From Patescibacteria group bacterium (GTDB lineage: Bacteria > Patescibacteriota > Patescibacteriia > Magasanikbacterales > GWA2-37-8): a DNA stretch of 64,000 nucleotides. Shown here one piece after another: positions 26,805 through 35,392 of the stretch. The notes under the pieces were generated by a model. It did no database searches, had not been told where the DNA came from, and worked only from the letters and a program-made list of their open reading frames with translations. Each line of letters starts with the position of its first letter. Position 1 is the stretch's first letter. The position numbers and the translations under genes are program-made. The stretch spans positions 197,022-261,021 of the forward strand of contig JBAZNA010000001.1 of NCBI GenBank assembly GCA_041649475.1, read 5' to 3'.

Positions 26805-28337
26805 TTATTTTGCGTATTCCACCACTCTGGTTTCACGAATTATGGTTACTCTGATTTCTCCAGGATACTGTAATTCTTGCTCAATTTTACGGGCAATGTC
26901 CTTGGCTAATTGGAAGGCAGAGTAATCATCAATTTCGTTTGGTTTAACGAAGATCCGTATTTCTCGTCCGGCTTGGATGGCATACACCTTTTCAATTCCC
27001 GGGAAGGAGGTGGCTGTTTTCTCCAGTTCTTCCAAGCGAGCGATGAATTGTTCATAACTGTCTTTGCGGGCGCCGATTCTGGCGCCGGAAATTGCATCCG
27101 CGGCTTTGGCAATGCTGGCAAAGATATTGAATGTTTTATCCAGGTGATGAGTCAAAGCTGTTTGGGCAATGTCTTCATCCATATTGAATTTTTTGAGGAT
27201 CATGTTGCCGATTTCCGGGTGAGAGCCCTGGGTTTCCTGATCAACTGATTTGCCGATATCATGAAAGAAGCCGCATTTTTTTGCTCTGGCGGCGTCCAGT
27301 CCAAGTTCGCTCGCAATCAAGGATGACAAATATCCCACTTCCATTGAATGGTTCAAGATGTTTTGTCCGTAACTGGTTCTGTATTTTAAGCGTCCGACAA
27401 TGCCGACCAGTTTTGGATCAATGCCGGTGATACCCATTTTATATAGGGCTTCTTCACCGGCTTTCTTTATATCAATGGCCAAATCCTGTTTGGCTTTTTC
27501 AATAAATTCTTCAATGCGGGCCGGCTGGATTCTGCCGTCGGCCATTAATTTTTCCAAAGCCAGTTTGGCAATTTGGCGTCTGATCGGGGAGAAGCCGGAA
27601 ACCATGATCGCGTCCGGAGTGTCGTCAATGATAAGTTCACAGCCGGTTAGTTTTTCAATGGTTTTAATGTTGCGGCCTTCTTTGCCGATGATGCGCCCCT
27701 TCATTTCCTCGCTGGGCAAGGACACGGTGGTTGAAGTGATTTCAGCCGCGTGCGAAGAGGCACAGCGCTGAATGGCTTCACCGATAATAGTGCGCGCCTT
27801 TTCTTCAAAGACCTCGCCGGATTCTTTTTCCAGTTTCATGATGCGGGCGGCCAAATCATTTTTACTTTCCTCTTCCACCCTAACTAAGAGTTCGGTCTTG
27901 GCTTCGTCTCTGGTCAGTCCGGCAATGCCCTGCAGTTTTTCAATTTCCTGATCGCGCATTTTTTCCAAATCCTGCTTGATTTGCTGGACTTTTTCCACTT
28001 TTTCCTGGAGTTTTTGCTGTTTGTCCTGGAATTCTAAAAGTTTCTGGTCAAACATATTTTCACGTTTTTCCAGACGCTGTTGCACGCTGTGCAATTCCTG
28101 GCGCAATTGTTTTTCTTCCCGTTTGGCTTCATCAATTATCTGCGCGCCTTTTTCTTTGGCTTGCAGGATGAATTCCTGCTGTTTGGTCTTGGCTTCGTTT
28201 AAAAGCTTTTCGGCTTTGGCTTCAATAGAGTTGGCCTGGGCCTGGGCTATTTTTTTACGTAAAATATACCCCAGCAAGAAGGCTATACCGACGCCGACCA
28301 GGGTGATGATCGCCCAGGTAAAATTAGTTAAATGCAT
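26805..28337 (-). CDS. rny: ribonuclease Y
   Basis: N-terminal TM helix, a long coiled coil, a KH domain (GRIIGKEGRNIK) and an HD domain (GFFHDIGK). Confidence 0.9.
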   Translation of the reverse strand: MHLTNFTWAIITLVGVGIAFLLGYILRKKIAQAQANSIEAKAEKLLNEAKTKQQEFILQAKEKGAQIIDEAKREEKQLRQELHSVQQRLEKRENMFDQKLLEFQDKQQKLQEKVEKVQQIKQDLEKMRDQEIEKLQGIAGLTRDEAKTELLVRVEEESKNDLAARIMKLEKESGEVFEEKARTIIGEAIQRCASSHAAEITSTTVSLPSEEMKGRIIGKEGRNIKTIEKLTGCELIIDDTPDAIMVSGFSPIRRQIAKLALEKLMADGRIQPARIEEFIEKAKQDLAIDIKKAGEEALYKMGITGIDPKLVGIVGRLKYRTSYGQNILNHSMEVGYLSSLIASELGLDAARAKKCGFFHDIGKSVDQETQGSHPEIGNMILKKFNMDEDIAQTALTHHLDKTFNIFASIAKAADAISGARIGARKDSYEQFIARLEELEKTATSFPGIEKVYAIQAGREIRIFVKPNEIDDYSAFQLAKDIARKIEQELQYPGEIRVTIIRETRVVEYAK

Positions 28338-28556
28338 AAAAACCTCAAGATTTTGAGGGCGTTATTCAATTGAAGAAGAGTAGCTTTAGATAAGCACAAA
28401 AACACCGGTCAAATCCATCTGATTTGCCCCGGAAAAGTGTTTGTTTAGGTGTTTATTTAGCATAAAGTTGACAATTCGGTTCGGTCTTAACTCTGCGAGT
28501 CAGCTTTCTTCTTAACTATTTAGAATAACGACTCAAAAATCAATTAATTATTTAGT
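28338..28556 (-). promoter_or_regulatory. about 215-nt structured leader or sRNA between a strong promoter and a terminator hairpin abutting the rny ATG
   Basis: On the minus strand the hairpin cctcaa-aatc-ttgagg plus UUUUU ends directly at the ATG. Its 3' arm contains the only SD-like GAGG. The 5' segment tttttgagtcgttattc can pair alternatively with gaataacgccctcaaaa. Confidence 0.45.
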
Positions 28557-28562
28557 GACTCT

Positions 28563-28591
28563 ACTATAGCACTAAAGAGGTGTTTTGTCAA
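28563..28591 (-). promoter_or_regulatory. strong promoter TTGACA-N17-TATAGT (extended TGc)
   Basis: rc reads ttgacaaaacacctctttagtgctatagt. This is identical to the rnpB promoter at 26 of 29 positions. Confidence 0.65.
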
Positions 28592-28797
28592 TTGTTTCTG
28601 CCTTTGCCCCAGATTTTCCATTCCCAGACCCCTCTGTTTTCTTTTGGTTCTTCCGGCGAATTTTCACGTCTTTCTTCCTCAATGATAGGCATTTCCTCAT
28701 CATATATTCTTGGCCTCTCTTTTTCTCTCTCTTGCTCTTCGCGTCTCCTTATCTCTTCAATAATTAAATCATCCAGCGGACTAAGTTTTTTAGCCAT
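28588..28797 (-). CDS. small highly charged hypothetical protein (69 aa)
   Basis: E/R/K-rich ORF starting 4 nt after the truB stop. No known motif. Confidence 0.4.
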   Translation of the reverse strand: MAKKLSPLDDLIIEEIRRREEQEREKERPRIYDEEMPIIEEERRENSPEEPKENRGVWEWKIWGKGRNN

Positions 28798-28801
28798 AAA
28801 A

Positions 28802-29440
28802 TTATGTTAAATTTATTGCGTTTTTTAAATAGTTTTCACCAATAGCCGTCCGTTCCAGTTCCTCGCAGTAAGCGCCAATGCCGAGTTTTTCGCCAATATC
28901 ATTGGCCAGGGAACGGATGTAGGTGCCTGTAGAGCATTTTACCTCAATTTTTAGAATTGGCCAAGAGTAGTCAAGCAGGTTGATTTCGTAAATTTCAATT
29001 TCGTTGGGCTGACGTTCAATTGTTTTGCCCTGTCTGGCCAGTTTATACAAACGCTGGCCGTTGATTTTTTTGGCTGAAAACATCGGCGGGGTTTGCAATT
29101 GTTTGCCGATAAAAGATTTTAAAATTGATGAGATGGTTTTTTTATCTGGAATTTTGGTTGGGTCTTTGGTTGGGTTTTGGTATTCGGAAATTTTGCCGGT
29201 CTTGTCATAAGTGTCAGAGGTTGCACCGAGTTTAATGGTGGCAATATATGTTTTCGGCAATTGTTTGAATTCATCCAATTTTTTAGTGCAGTCGCGGCCG
29301 ACGCCGACAATCAAAAGACCGGTCGCGAACGGATCAAGGGTGCCGGCATGACCAACTTTGATTTTTTTGTCGGTCCGGATATGCGCCACTACATCATGAC
29401 TGGTCCAGCCGGCGGGTTTGTTGATAAATAGAAATGGCAT
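28802..29440 (-). CDS. truB: tRNA pseudouridine(55) synthase
   Basis: NKPAGWTSHDVV and GHAGTLDPFATGLL (catalytic Asp motif). Confidence 0.9.
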   Translation of the reverse strand: MPFLFINKPAGWTSHDVVAHIRTDKKIKVGHAGTLDPFATGLLIVGVGRDCTKKLDEFKQLPKTYIATIKLGATSDTYDKTGKISEYQNPTKDPTKIPDKKTISSILKSFIGKQLQTPPMFSAKKINGQRLYKLARQGKTIERQPNEIEIYEINLLDYSWPILKIEVKCSTGTYIRSLANDIGEKLGIGAYCEELERTAIGENYLKNAINLT

Positions 29441-29473
29441 ACTATCCCTGCATTATAAACATAATTTTAAAAT

Positions 29474-29504
29474 AAAAAAAGAGCTTCCCTGGGGAGGGAA
29501 GTTC
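29474..29504 (-). terminator. intrinsic terminator of GC-rich gene 5
   Basis: On the minus strand: gaacttccct-cccc-agggaagctc followed by ttttttt. Confidence 0.75.
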
Positions 29505-29580
29505 AGTGGGGGTTGGCTCCGGTGTGATCGCCTGATGGCGAATTGGAGCACGGTAGGAAAGAGCAGGGCGGGGCGGCTGG

Positions 29581-29922
29581 CTAGCCGGCGGCGGAAGCGG
29601 CGATGGGGGCGATCTTGGGCTGGATGTCGATCACGGGGATCGGCTCGGGCAGACCGTCGAAGCGCTGGCGGAGCCAGTCGATCTCGGGCTCCGAGGCCTC
29701 GCCCATGAAGATCTCGATGTAGAACGTCCCCCTGATGAGGCCCTCGTACTTCAGCTTGAAGCCGGGGATCTCGTCGTCGAAGTCGGCCTTGTGCGGCCTG
29801 TTGACGTACCTGTTGAAGTCGTTGAGCGAGCAGTACCTGACGCTGCCGTCCACGAACTGGATCCGTACGGCCCTTGTCTGCAAGGTCGTGTCCGGGAACG
29901 TCATCAGCTTCTGGATCGGCAT
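29581..29922 (-). CDS. GC-rich orphan protein 5 (113 aa, no recognised domain)
   Basis: AAGGAG lies 6 nt before the ATG at 29922 (MPIQKLMTFPD...). The longer track ORF start has no SD. Confidence 0.6.
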   Translation of the reverse strand: MPIQKLMTFPDTTLQTRAVRIQFVDGSVRYCSLNDFNRYVNRPHKADFDDEIPGFKLKYEGLIRGTFYIEIFMGEASEPEIDWLRQRFDGLPEPIPVIDIQPKIAPIAASAAG

Positions 29923-30037
29923 CTCCCTCTCCTTGGGACTACGAGCTCGTGTGACCATCTTGTTATGCCTCCCTTGTTTCCGTGTTGGGCCCAATGCCCC
30001 TAAACTTGTTGGCCTTGTCCAGGCCGTGATGGGCTAA

Positions 30038-30066
30038 ATGGTATCACAATAATACGATTATGTCAA
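30038..30066 (-). promoter_or_regulatory. candidate promoter of GC-rich gene 5 (TTGACA-N17-TACCAT)
   Basis: It lies back-to-back with the infB promoter and implies a GC-rich 5' UTR of about 108 nt. Confidence 0.45.
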
Positions 30067-30082
30067 GAAGAATGGCCAAAAA

Positions 30083-30111
30083 TTGACTAAATGCCAAGAT
30101 AAAGATATAAT
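30083..30111 (+). promoter_or_regulatory. infB promoter (TTGACT-N17-TATAAT)
   Basis: ttgact aaatgccaagataaaga tataat, 20 nt before the ATG. Confidence 0.55.
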
Positions 30112-30131
30112 ATAGTGTAATTAAATTAGGT

Positions 30132-32156
30132 ATGAATGTCAGTGAATTAGCCAGACAATTACGCGTACATCCGCAGAAACTCCTGCAAATTTTGCCCGAG
30201 TTCGGTTTTGATATTGGTGCGAAAGCAGTGAAGATTGACGACCGTGTAGCCCAACAGATTCAGCGCGATTGGCGAAAAATCAAATATATTATTGATGAAA
30301 GAGAACGCAAGGAGAAAGAAAAGCAGAAGGAACTGGAGAAAGAAGCCAGAAAAAGCACAGGCACTTCTGTGGCCATACCGCAAAAATTGACTGTCCGCGA
30401 ACTGGCTGATGCTTTGCAAATGCCGCCGACAAAACTGATAATGGAACTGATGAAAAATGGCATTCTGGCCACGCAAAATGAAAACATTGATCATGACACA
30501 GCCATGCTTATTGCCCAGGAATTTGGTTTTACCGTGACGGAAAAAACCGAAGACAACCACAAAGAAGACACCCATGTTCAGAATTTGGAAAATATTTTAA
30601 CCAGCGATGCGAGCGGTGAGAACAAAATTGCGCGTCCGCCGGTGGTGGTGGTTATGGGTCATGTTGATCATGGAAAAACAAAATTATTGGACGCGATCAG
30701 AAGCACGAACGTAGTTGATTCCGAGGCCGGAGGCATCACCCAGCATATTGGCGCCTATCAGGTTGTCTGGACCAATCCAAAAACCAAAGAAAAAACTCCG
30801 CTGACATTTATTGACACCCCGGGTCATGAGGCCTTTACGGTCATGCGCAGCCGCGGCGCCAAAGTGGCGGACATTGCCATATTGGTGGTGGCCGCCGATG
30901 ACAGCGTGAAGCCACAAACCATTGAAGCGATAAATATAATGAAGGCGGCCAAACTGTCAATCGTGGTGGCCATTAATAAAATAGATAAAGAAGGCGCTGA
31001 TCCGCAAAAAGTGCGGGTTGATTTGTCTCAACATAATATTATCTCCGAAGAATGGGGCGGCGATGTGCCGATGGTTGAGATTTCCGCCAAGCAGAAATTA
31101 AATATTGATAAATTATTGGATGTTTTACTCTTGGTTGCGGATTTGCATGCCGATGAAATAAAAGCTAACCCGGACAGATCGGCGGCCGGAACCGTGATTG
31201 AGGCCCACGTTGATAAGGGCGAGGGGCCGGTGGCCACAATCTTGGTGCAAACCGGAACTTTAAAAATCAATGATCCGTTGGTGGTAAACGGTGAAATTTA
31301 CGGAAAAGTTAAGGCCATGAGAAATTATAAAGGCGATATTTTGGAAACCGCCGGACCAAGCAACCCGGTTCGTATCCTAGGATTTAAAGTGGCCCCGCAA
31401 GTCGGAGATGTTTTGGATGTCGGCAGTTTTGAAACCGCCACTAACATAAACATAAAAGAAAAAAGATCAAAACAATCCGGAGCCGAACAAGGTTCCGCGT
31501 CCACAGTAGAGGTCACTGCCGAAGGCGAAGAGAAAAAGTTTTTGAATTTGGTGATTAAGGCGGATACTTTGGGGTCGCTTGAAGCCATCATTGGATCACT
31601 GGAAAAAATTAAGAATGACGAAGTGGGCGTGAAGGTAGTGGGGAAGGGTTTGGGCAATATTACCGCCGATGATGTGGCCAAAGCCGAAGCCGCGGGCGGA
31701 ATTATTTGCGGTTTTAATGTCGTGGCTATGCCTAACGCGCAAACCATGATTGCCGACAAAAACATCAGCTTCATGCAATACAAAATTATTTATGATTTGC
31801 TGGATTATATTAAAGAGGAGCTGCAAAAAATGTTAAATCCTGAAAAAATAATAACGGAGCTGGGCGCGGTAAAAATCATAGCTGTTTTTAGAACCGAGAA
31901 AAATTACATGATTGTTGGCGGTCGCGTAACATCCGGCAAACTTCGTAAAGATTGTTTGGTCAAGGTGATACGAAAAGGCGAAGCGGTTGGCGAGGGTAAA
32001 TTATCTCAATTACAAATTGCCAAACAGACGGTAAATGAGGTTGCTGAAGGCAATGAATGCGGAATGCAGTTTGACGGCAAATTACGACTGGAAGCTGGGG
32101 ATGTTTTGGAGGCCTATAAAGAAGAAATCAAAGAGAAAAAATTAATTTTAAATTAA
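30132..32156 (+). CDS. infB: translation initiation factor IF-2
   Basis: G domain GHVDHGKTKLLD, DTPGHEAF and NKIDK, plus the C-terminal IF-2 domains. Confidence 0.95.
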   Translation: MNVSELARQLRVHPQKLLQILPEFGFDIGAKAVKIDDRVAQQIQRDWRKIKYIIDERERKEKEKQKELEKEARKSTGTSVAIPQKLTVRELADALQMPPTKLIMELMKNGILATQNENIDHDTAMLIAQEFGFTVTEKTEDNHKEDTHVQNLENILTSDASGENKIARPPVVVVMGHVDHGKTKLLDAIRSTNVVDSEAGGITQHIGAYQVVWTNPKTKEKTPLTFIDTPGHEAFTVMRSRGAKVADIAILVVAADDSVKPQTIEAINIMKAAKLSIVVAINKIDKEGADPQKVRVDLSQHNIISEEWGGDVPMVEISAKQKLNIDKLLDVLLLVADLHADEIKANPDRSAAGTVIEAHVDKGEGPVATILVQTGTLKINDPLVVNGEIYGKVKAMRNYKGDILETAGPSNPVRILGFKVAPQVGDVLDVGSFETATNINIKEKRSKQSGAEQGSASTVEVTAEGEEKKFLNLVIKADTLGSLEAIIGSLEKIKNDEVGVKVVGKGLGNITADDVAKAEAAGGIICGFNVVAMPNAQTMIADKNISFMQYKIIYDLLDYIKEELQKMLNPEKIITELGAVKIIAVFRTEKNYMIVGGRVTSGKLRKDCLVKVIRKGEAVGEGKLSQLQIAKQTVNEVAEGNECGMQFDGKLRLEAGDVLEAYKEEIKEKKLILN

Positions 32157-32163
32157 TCTTCAT

Positions 32164-32487
32164 ATGGAGTACGTTTTTAATCAGGCAAATTTTAATGAGG
32201 AGGTTTTACGGTCAAAGGAGCCGGTGTTCGTGGATTTCTGGGCGCCCTGGTGCGGACCTTGCCAGACCATGGGACCGATGGTGGAAGAATTGGCCAAAGA
32301 ATTTGACGGAAAAAATATAAAAATCGGCAAATGCAATGTTGATGAAAACGGCGATATCGCCATGCAGTATAATATAATGAGCATCCCTTCATTTATTGTT
32401 TTTAAAGACGGACAGGTGGTTGATCAGATTGTCGGGGGAGTACAAAAAGAGAAGTTGAAGGAAATGATAGAAAAACAGGTGGGCTAA
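32164..32487 (+). CDS. trxA: thioredoxin
   Basis: 107 aa with the WCGPC active site. Confidence 0.9.
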   Translation: MEYVFNQANFNEEVLRSKEPVFVDFWAPWCGPCQTMGPMVEELAKEFDGKNIKIGKCNVDENGDIAMQYNIMSIPSFIVFKDGQVVDQIVGGVQKEKLKEMIEKQVG

Positions 32488-32502
32488 AACTTTTACTAAA
32501 AC

Positions 32503-32602
32503 AAAAGAGGGGCATCAGTTGTCTTTGAGCGGGTTTGAGCGCCGCAGCGCTCACCCTGAGCCTCGCGGCGAGGAAAGCGAAAAGATAACTGATGCCCCTT
32601 TT
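32503..32602 (+). terminator. unusually large GC-rich multi-hairpin element with a T-run (probable trxA terminator or small structured RNA)
   Basis: The 13-bp outer stem aggggcatcagtt/aactgatgcccct encloses about 66 nt. That interior contains the hairpins tgagcgc-cgca-gcgctca and cctcg-cgg-cgagg. The element is followed by tttt. Confidence 0.5.
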
Positions 32603-32610
32603 GTTATAGT

Positions 32611-32639
32611 TTGATTTTTTCCATAGGATTAGGTAAAAT
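32611..32639 (+). promoter_or_regulatory. candidate leuS promoter (TTGATT-N17-TAAAAT)
   Basis: ttgatt ttttccataggattagg taaaat. Confidence 0.5.
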
Positions 32640-32660
32640 GAATATTGGCTCTACAGTATT

Positions 32661-34979
32661 ATGCAAAAATATAATCCTAAGAAAATTGAGAAAAAATGGC
32701 AGAAGTTTTGGGAAGAAAACAAGACCTTTGAGGTTGCTGAAGAAAAAGCCAAGAATAAATTTTATGCCTTGATTGAGTTTCCGTATCCGAGCGGAGAGGG
32801 TTTGCATGTCGGCCATCCGCGGCCATTTACGGCCATGGATGTGATTGCGCGCAAAAAGAGAATGGAAGGTTTTAATGTTTTGTATCCGATCGGTTTTGAT
32901 TCATTTGGTTTGCCGACGGAAAATTATGCCATAAAGACCGGGAAAGCGCCGCAGGAGGTAACTGAAAAAAATATTGCCAATTTTACGCGCCAGTTAAAAA
33001 TGCTGGGCTACAGTTTTGATTGGTCGCGCGTGATTAATACCTCTGATCCAGAATATTATAAATGGACGCAGTGGCAATTTTTACAATTTTTTAAACACGG
33101 CTTGGCTTATAAAAAGAAAATAGCTATCAATTGGTGTCCGAAAGACAAAATCGGTCTGGCTAATGAAGAAGTGGTTGACGGCAAGTGCGAGCGGTGCGGT
33201 ACGCCGGTTGAAAAAAGGGATAAAGAGCAGTGGATGCTGGCCATCAGAAAATACGCGGATAAATTGTTGGCCGGTTTGAAGGATGTTGATTATATTGAAC
33301 GCGCAAAAATTCAACAGGAAAATTGGATTGGCCGGAGCGAAGGCGCGGAAGTGGATTTCAGTTTAAAAAAACATAAAGAAAAGATAAAAGTTTTTACCAC
33401 CCGGCCGGACACTTTGTTTGGCGCGACCTATATGGTTTTGTCGCCGGAGCATGAGTTGGTGCAGAAACTGAAACCGGAAATAAAAAATTGGAATAAAGTG
33501 GAAAAATATCTTGAAGAGGCCAAAAGAAAATCCGATCTGGAACGTACTGAATTGCAAAAAGAGAAAACTGGGGTTGAACTGCAGGGCATAAAGGCGATTA
33601 ACCCTGTTAATAATGAAGAGATTCCGGTTTGGGTGGCTGATTATGTTTTGACCAGCTATGGTACCGGCGCCATTATGGCCGTGCCGGCGCACGATGAAAG
33701 AGATAGAGAATTTGCGGAAAAGTTTAAGTTGGAAATCAGAGAGATGGTTCCCGAAAATATGGAAAAAATAATGAAATGGCTTGAAGAGAAAGGTGTTGGC
33801 AAGGCCGTTGTTAATTATAAACTTCGCGACTGGGTTTTTTCCCGACAAAGGTATTGGGGCGAGCCGATCCCATTGGTTTATTGTGAACATTGCGGCGGTT
33901 GGATTCCACTTCCCGAAGATCAGCTCCCACTAGAGCTTCCTAAAGTAAAAAAATACGAACCCACTGACACGGGCGAGTCGCCGCTCGCGGCCATGGAAAA
34001 ATGGGTGAACACCAAATGCCCAAAGTGCGGCGGTCCGGCGCGCCGGGAAACCGACACCATGCCCAATTGGGCCGGTTCCAGTTGGTATTTTTTAAGATAT
34101 TGCGATCCGCACAACGACCAAACATTTGCGGCGGCAGATAAATTGAGATATTGGATGCCGGTTGATTGGTATAACGGGGGCATGGAACACGTGGTTTTGC
34201 ATTTATTGTATTCAAGGTTTTGGAATCAGTTTTTATACGATATCGGCGAAGTACCCGCCAGCGAGCCGTATAAGAAACGCACTTCGCACGGTTTGATTTT
34301 AGCCAAAGGCGGCGAAAAAATGTCCAAATCAAAAGGCAATGTGATTAACCCGGATGAGATGGTTGAACAGTTCAGCGCCGACACCTTGCGCGCGTACATA
34401 ATGTTTATGGGTCCTTTTGATCAGGCGGTTGAGTGGGACACCAACGGCCTGGTGGGTGTGCAAAGATTTTTGGAAAAGGTTTGGCAGATGCAGGAAAAAT
34501 TAAGCGCCGAGTCATCGCCCAAACTGGTGGCTTTGCTTCATCAAACCATTGCCAAAGTTTCCGAAGACATTGACGGCATGAGATTTAACACGGCCATCGC
34601 CAAGATGATGGAACTGGTAAATGAAATGGTTGATCGTCAGGCGGTGTCAAAATCGGATTATGAAATTTTAATAAAATTATTATCACCGTTTGCTCCGCAT
34701 CTGGCCAATGAGATTTGGGAACTTTTGGGAAATAAATCCGATTTGGCTTTTGAACCATGGCCAAAATTCAATGCGGCACTGGCCAAAGACAGTGAATTTA
34801 CTTTGGCCGTGCAGGTGAACGGAAAATTGCGGGATGCAATTTTAGTTGATGCCGGAATCTCCGAAGCGGAGGCAAAACAAACCGCCTTAGCCAGCGAGAA
34901 AGTGCAAAAATGGCTGGAAGGAAAGAAACCTAAAAAAGTTATTTACGTCAAAGGCAAGTTAATTAGTATAGTTGTGTAA
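32661..34979 (+). CDS. leuS: leucine--tRNA ligase
   Basis: HVGHPR (HIGH), KMSKSKGN (KMSKS) and the CP1 editing motifs TTRPDTLFGATY and GTGAIMAVPAHDERD. Confidence 0.95.
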   Translation: MQKYNPKKIEKKWQKFWEENKTFEVAEEKAKNKFYALIEFPYPSGEGLHVGHPRPFTAMDVIARKKRMEGFNVLYPIGFDSFGLPTENYAIKTGKAPQEVTEKNIANFTRQLKMLGYSFDWSRVINTSDPEYYKWTQWQFLQFFKHGLAYKKKIAINWCPKDKIGLANEEVVDGKCERCGTPVEKRDKEQWMLAIRKYADKLLAGLKDVDYIERAKIQQENWIGRSEGAEVDFSLKKHKEKIKVFTTRPDTLFGATYMVLSPEHELVQKLKPEIKNWNKVEKYLEEAKRKSDLERTELQKEKTGVELQGIKAINPVNNEEIPVWVADYVLTSYGTGAIMAVPAHDERDREFAEKFKLEIREMVPENMEKIMKWLEEKGVGKAVVNYKLRDWVFSRQRYWGEPIPLVYCEHCGGWIPLPEDQLPLELPKVKKYEPTDTGESPLAAMEKWVNTKCPKCGGPARRETDTMPNWAGSSWYFLRYCDPHNDQTFAAADKLRYWMPVDWYNGGMEHVVLHLLYSRFWNQFLYDIGEVPASEPYKKRTSHGLILAKGGEKMSKSKGNVINPDEMVEQFSADTLRAYIMFMGPFDQAVEWDTNGLVGVQRFLEKVWQMQEKLSAESSPKLVALLHQTIAKVSEDIDGMRFNTAIAKMMELVNEMVDRQAVSKSDYEILIKLLSPFAPHLANEIWELLGNKSDLAFEPWPKFNAALAKDSEFTLAVQVNGKLRDAILVDAGISEAEAKQTALASEKVQKWLEGKKPKKVIYVKGKLISIVV

Positions 34980-34984
34980 TTATT

Positions 34985-35389
34985 ATGAATACAGAAATGG
35001 GTTCAGTAGAATCTATTCCAGGTGAAAATAGAAAAGATTTATCCTTAGGGATATCCGACCAGGCAGAAGCTAAGGACTACATTAATAAATTACTGGCGGG
35101 CGGGGTTAAGCCAAAAATTTCAGTGCCAAAGAGATTTTTGGAAAATGTTTTAAAGGAAGGTTCGCTTTCCGCAAAGAAATCATGGATACCAAAATTTTCA
35201 ATTTTAGTGGGGACCTTGAATATTGATCCATATTCATATAGCACAGATAAGGAAAGAGTGATATTTGAAGTGACTAATCCGGAAGTGCCGGTTGAACCGC
35301 GATTTACCGGCAAAGATAAAAAATTTCACGGAATAATATATTTTCCGGAAGGACACATTGATCTAAAAGATTTAAAGAGAGTTAATTAA
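34985..35389 (+). CDS. hypothetical protein
   Basis: 134-aa ORF tightly packed between leuS and the ComEC gene. No motif recognised. Confidence 0.45.
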   Translation: MNTEMGSVESIPGENRKDLSLGISDQAEAKDYINKLLAGGVKPKISVPKRFLENVLKEGSLSAKKSWIPKFSILVGTLNIDPYSYSTDKERVIFEVTNPEVPVEPRFTGKDKKFHGIIYFPEGHIDLKDLKRVN

Positions 35390-35392
35390 TTT

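Noticed and set aside
28338-28556. 6S RNA assignment for the rny upstream RNA
   Set aside because: The 5' and 3' ends pair, but the interior does not fold into one long interrupted hairpin with a central bubble. I could only build separate local stem-loops. I kept it as an unclassified leader or sRNA.
29418-29708. 96-aa Arg-rich plus-strand ORF
   Set aside because: It is antisense to the 3' UTR and CDS of GC-rich cassette 5 and spans a terminator. It is a composition artefact.
32503-32660. T-box or other riboswitch controlling leuS
   Set aside because: The element is only about 100 nt and has no specifier or T-box sequence. It ends in a T-run and is followed by a separate leuS promoter, so it belongs to the trxA 3' end.
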